DNA of 45,995 nucleotides, from positions 1 to 45,995 of the forward strand of contig CAIMCX010000105.1 in assembly GCA_903839615.1 (NCBI GenBank), given 5' to 3'. This document shows, one piece after another, positions 45,367 through 45,995 of this stretch; position 1 is the stretch's first letter, and each line of letters opens with the position of its first letter. The notes beneath the pieces were generated by a model, which was given only the letters and a program-made list of their open reading frames with translations, made no database searches and was not told the origin of the DNA. The DNA comes from an uncultured bacterium. GTDB lineage: Bacteria > Bipolaricaulota > Bipolaricaulia > UBA7950 > UBA9294. Both the position numbers and the translations under genes were made by a program.

Positions 45367-45410
45367 CCGTTCCTCTCTTCCTTCACCGCTGGTCTTCGTT
45401 TCGCGCGGCA

Positions 45411-45995
45411 TTACGCTTCCCAGATCTCGCGCATCCGTGTCCAGTGTTCGACCATCTTCGAGCGAGCCGTCTCGCTATCTCTCTCTTCCACCGCCGCGAA
45501 GATCTCACGATGCAGATCGACCACGTGCTGAAGGTCGCTCACGTTCTTCAAGTAATACTGGCGCGTGAACTCCCGATACACCCTGTGGTCCATCGTGTCG
45601 ATCAGCGGTCCGAGCGCGGACGAGATGAGAGCGTTGCCCGATGCCTCAGCGAGGGCGCTGTGGAACGCCTTGTCCGCCTGGAAGTACGCCTCGAAGTCGT
45701 TCTTCGCGGCGAAGCGCCCCATTCGCTTCAGCGCGTCTCTCAGTTTCGTGAGCGCCGAGTTGGCCATCTTCTCTGCCGCCAGCGCCGCAACGGCCGGCTC
45801 GAGCGCCTCGCGAGCCTCCATCACCTCAAGGCAGCCGGCCTCGCTTTCGATCAGCCCGACGGCGTTCCGCTCATCCAGAGGCGATGGCGCGCGCAGGACG
45901 TAGTTGCCGCTTCCCGGGCGCGACTCGATCAGCGCCATCGCCTGAAGTGCGGACAGGGCTTCTCGGATCGATGGACGACTCACGCCCATCTGCTC
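45411..45995 (-). CDS. GntR-family transcriptional regulator with a FadR-type FCD C-terminal domain; N-terminus lies beyond the window edge
   Basis: The frame is open to nt 45995. (E)QMGVSRPSIREALSALQAMALIESRPGSGNYV is the wHTH recognition region. An all-helical ~150-aa FCD-like domain follows. Confidence 0.8.
   Translation of the reverse strand, partial: EQMGVSRPSIREALSALQAMALIESRPGSGNYVLRAPSPLDERNAVGLIESEAGCLEVMEAREALEPAVAALAAEKMANSALTKLRDALKRMGRFAAKNDFEAYFQADKAFHSALAEASGNALISSALGPLIDTMDHRVYREFTRQYYLKNVSDLQHVVDLHREIFAAVEERDSETARSKMVEHWTRMREIWEA

Overview
GC-rich (about two-thirds G+C by eye), very gene-dense bacterial chromosomal segment. I call 42 protein-coding genes and found no rRNA, tRNA, CRISPR array, IS element or integrase. 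All calls come from reading the sequence and ORF track and from remembered family motifs; nothing was searched. Most of the window is housekeeping: ftsH, dxr, murJ, rplI, folP, ruvC, polA, glmM, gcvH-PA-PB, dnaB, rpsB-tsf-pyrH, recG, def-fmt, nth, ftsEX, prmC and ispD. These genes are stitched into long strings by 1- or 4-nt stop/start overlaps, while several textbook operons are broken (no frr, gcvT, ispF, prfA or rpmF where expected). Several near-consensus sigma70-type promoters (TTGxxx-N17-TAxxxT) are readable, and a few sit so close to the start codon that leaderless mRNAs are likely. The least ordinary part is the right-hand ~7 kb (38900-45995, minus strand). It reads as one apparent operon: a GntR/FCD regulator, a carbamate kinase, two tandem diverged 'knotted' carbamoyltransferase paralogues (one with QCMP in place of HCLP), a lone xanthine-dehydrogenase-type Mo subunit with no FeS/FAD partners, and a DMT/EamA permease with a 23-His C-terminal tail. 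A perfect 30-nt palindrome lies inside this operon. I read it as a candidate ATP-yielding ureide/N-heterocycle catabolic module that matches no pathway I know gene for gene. Other points of interest: a single-chain FakA-FakB (Dak2 + DegV) fatty-acid kinase translationally coupled to plsY; an FtsE whose ABC signature and H-loop are degenerate; three secreted or lipoprotein genes of unknown function; and a large Calx-beta/DUF11/LTD surface protein truncated by the left edge.
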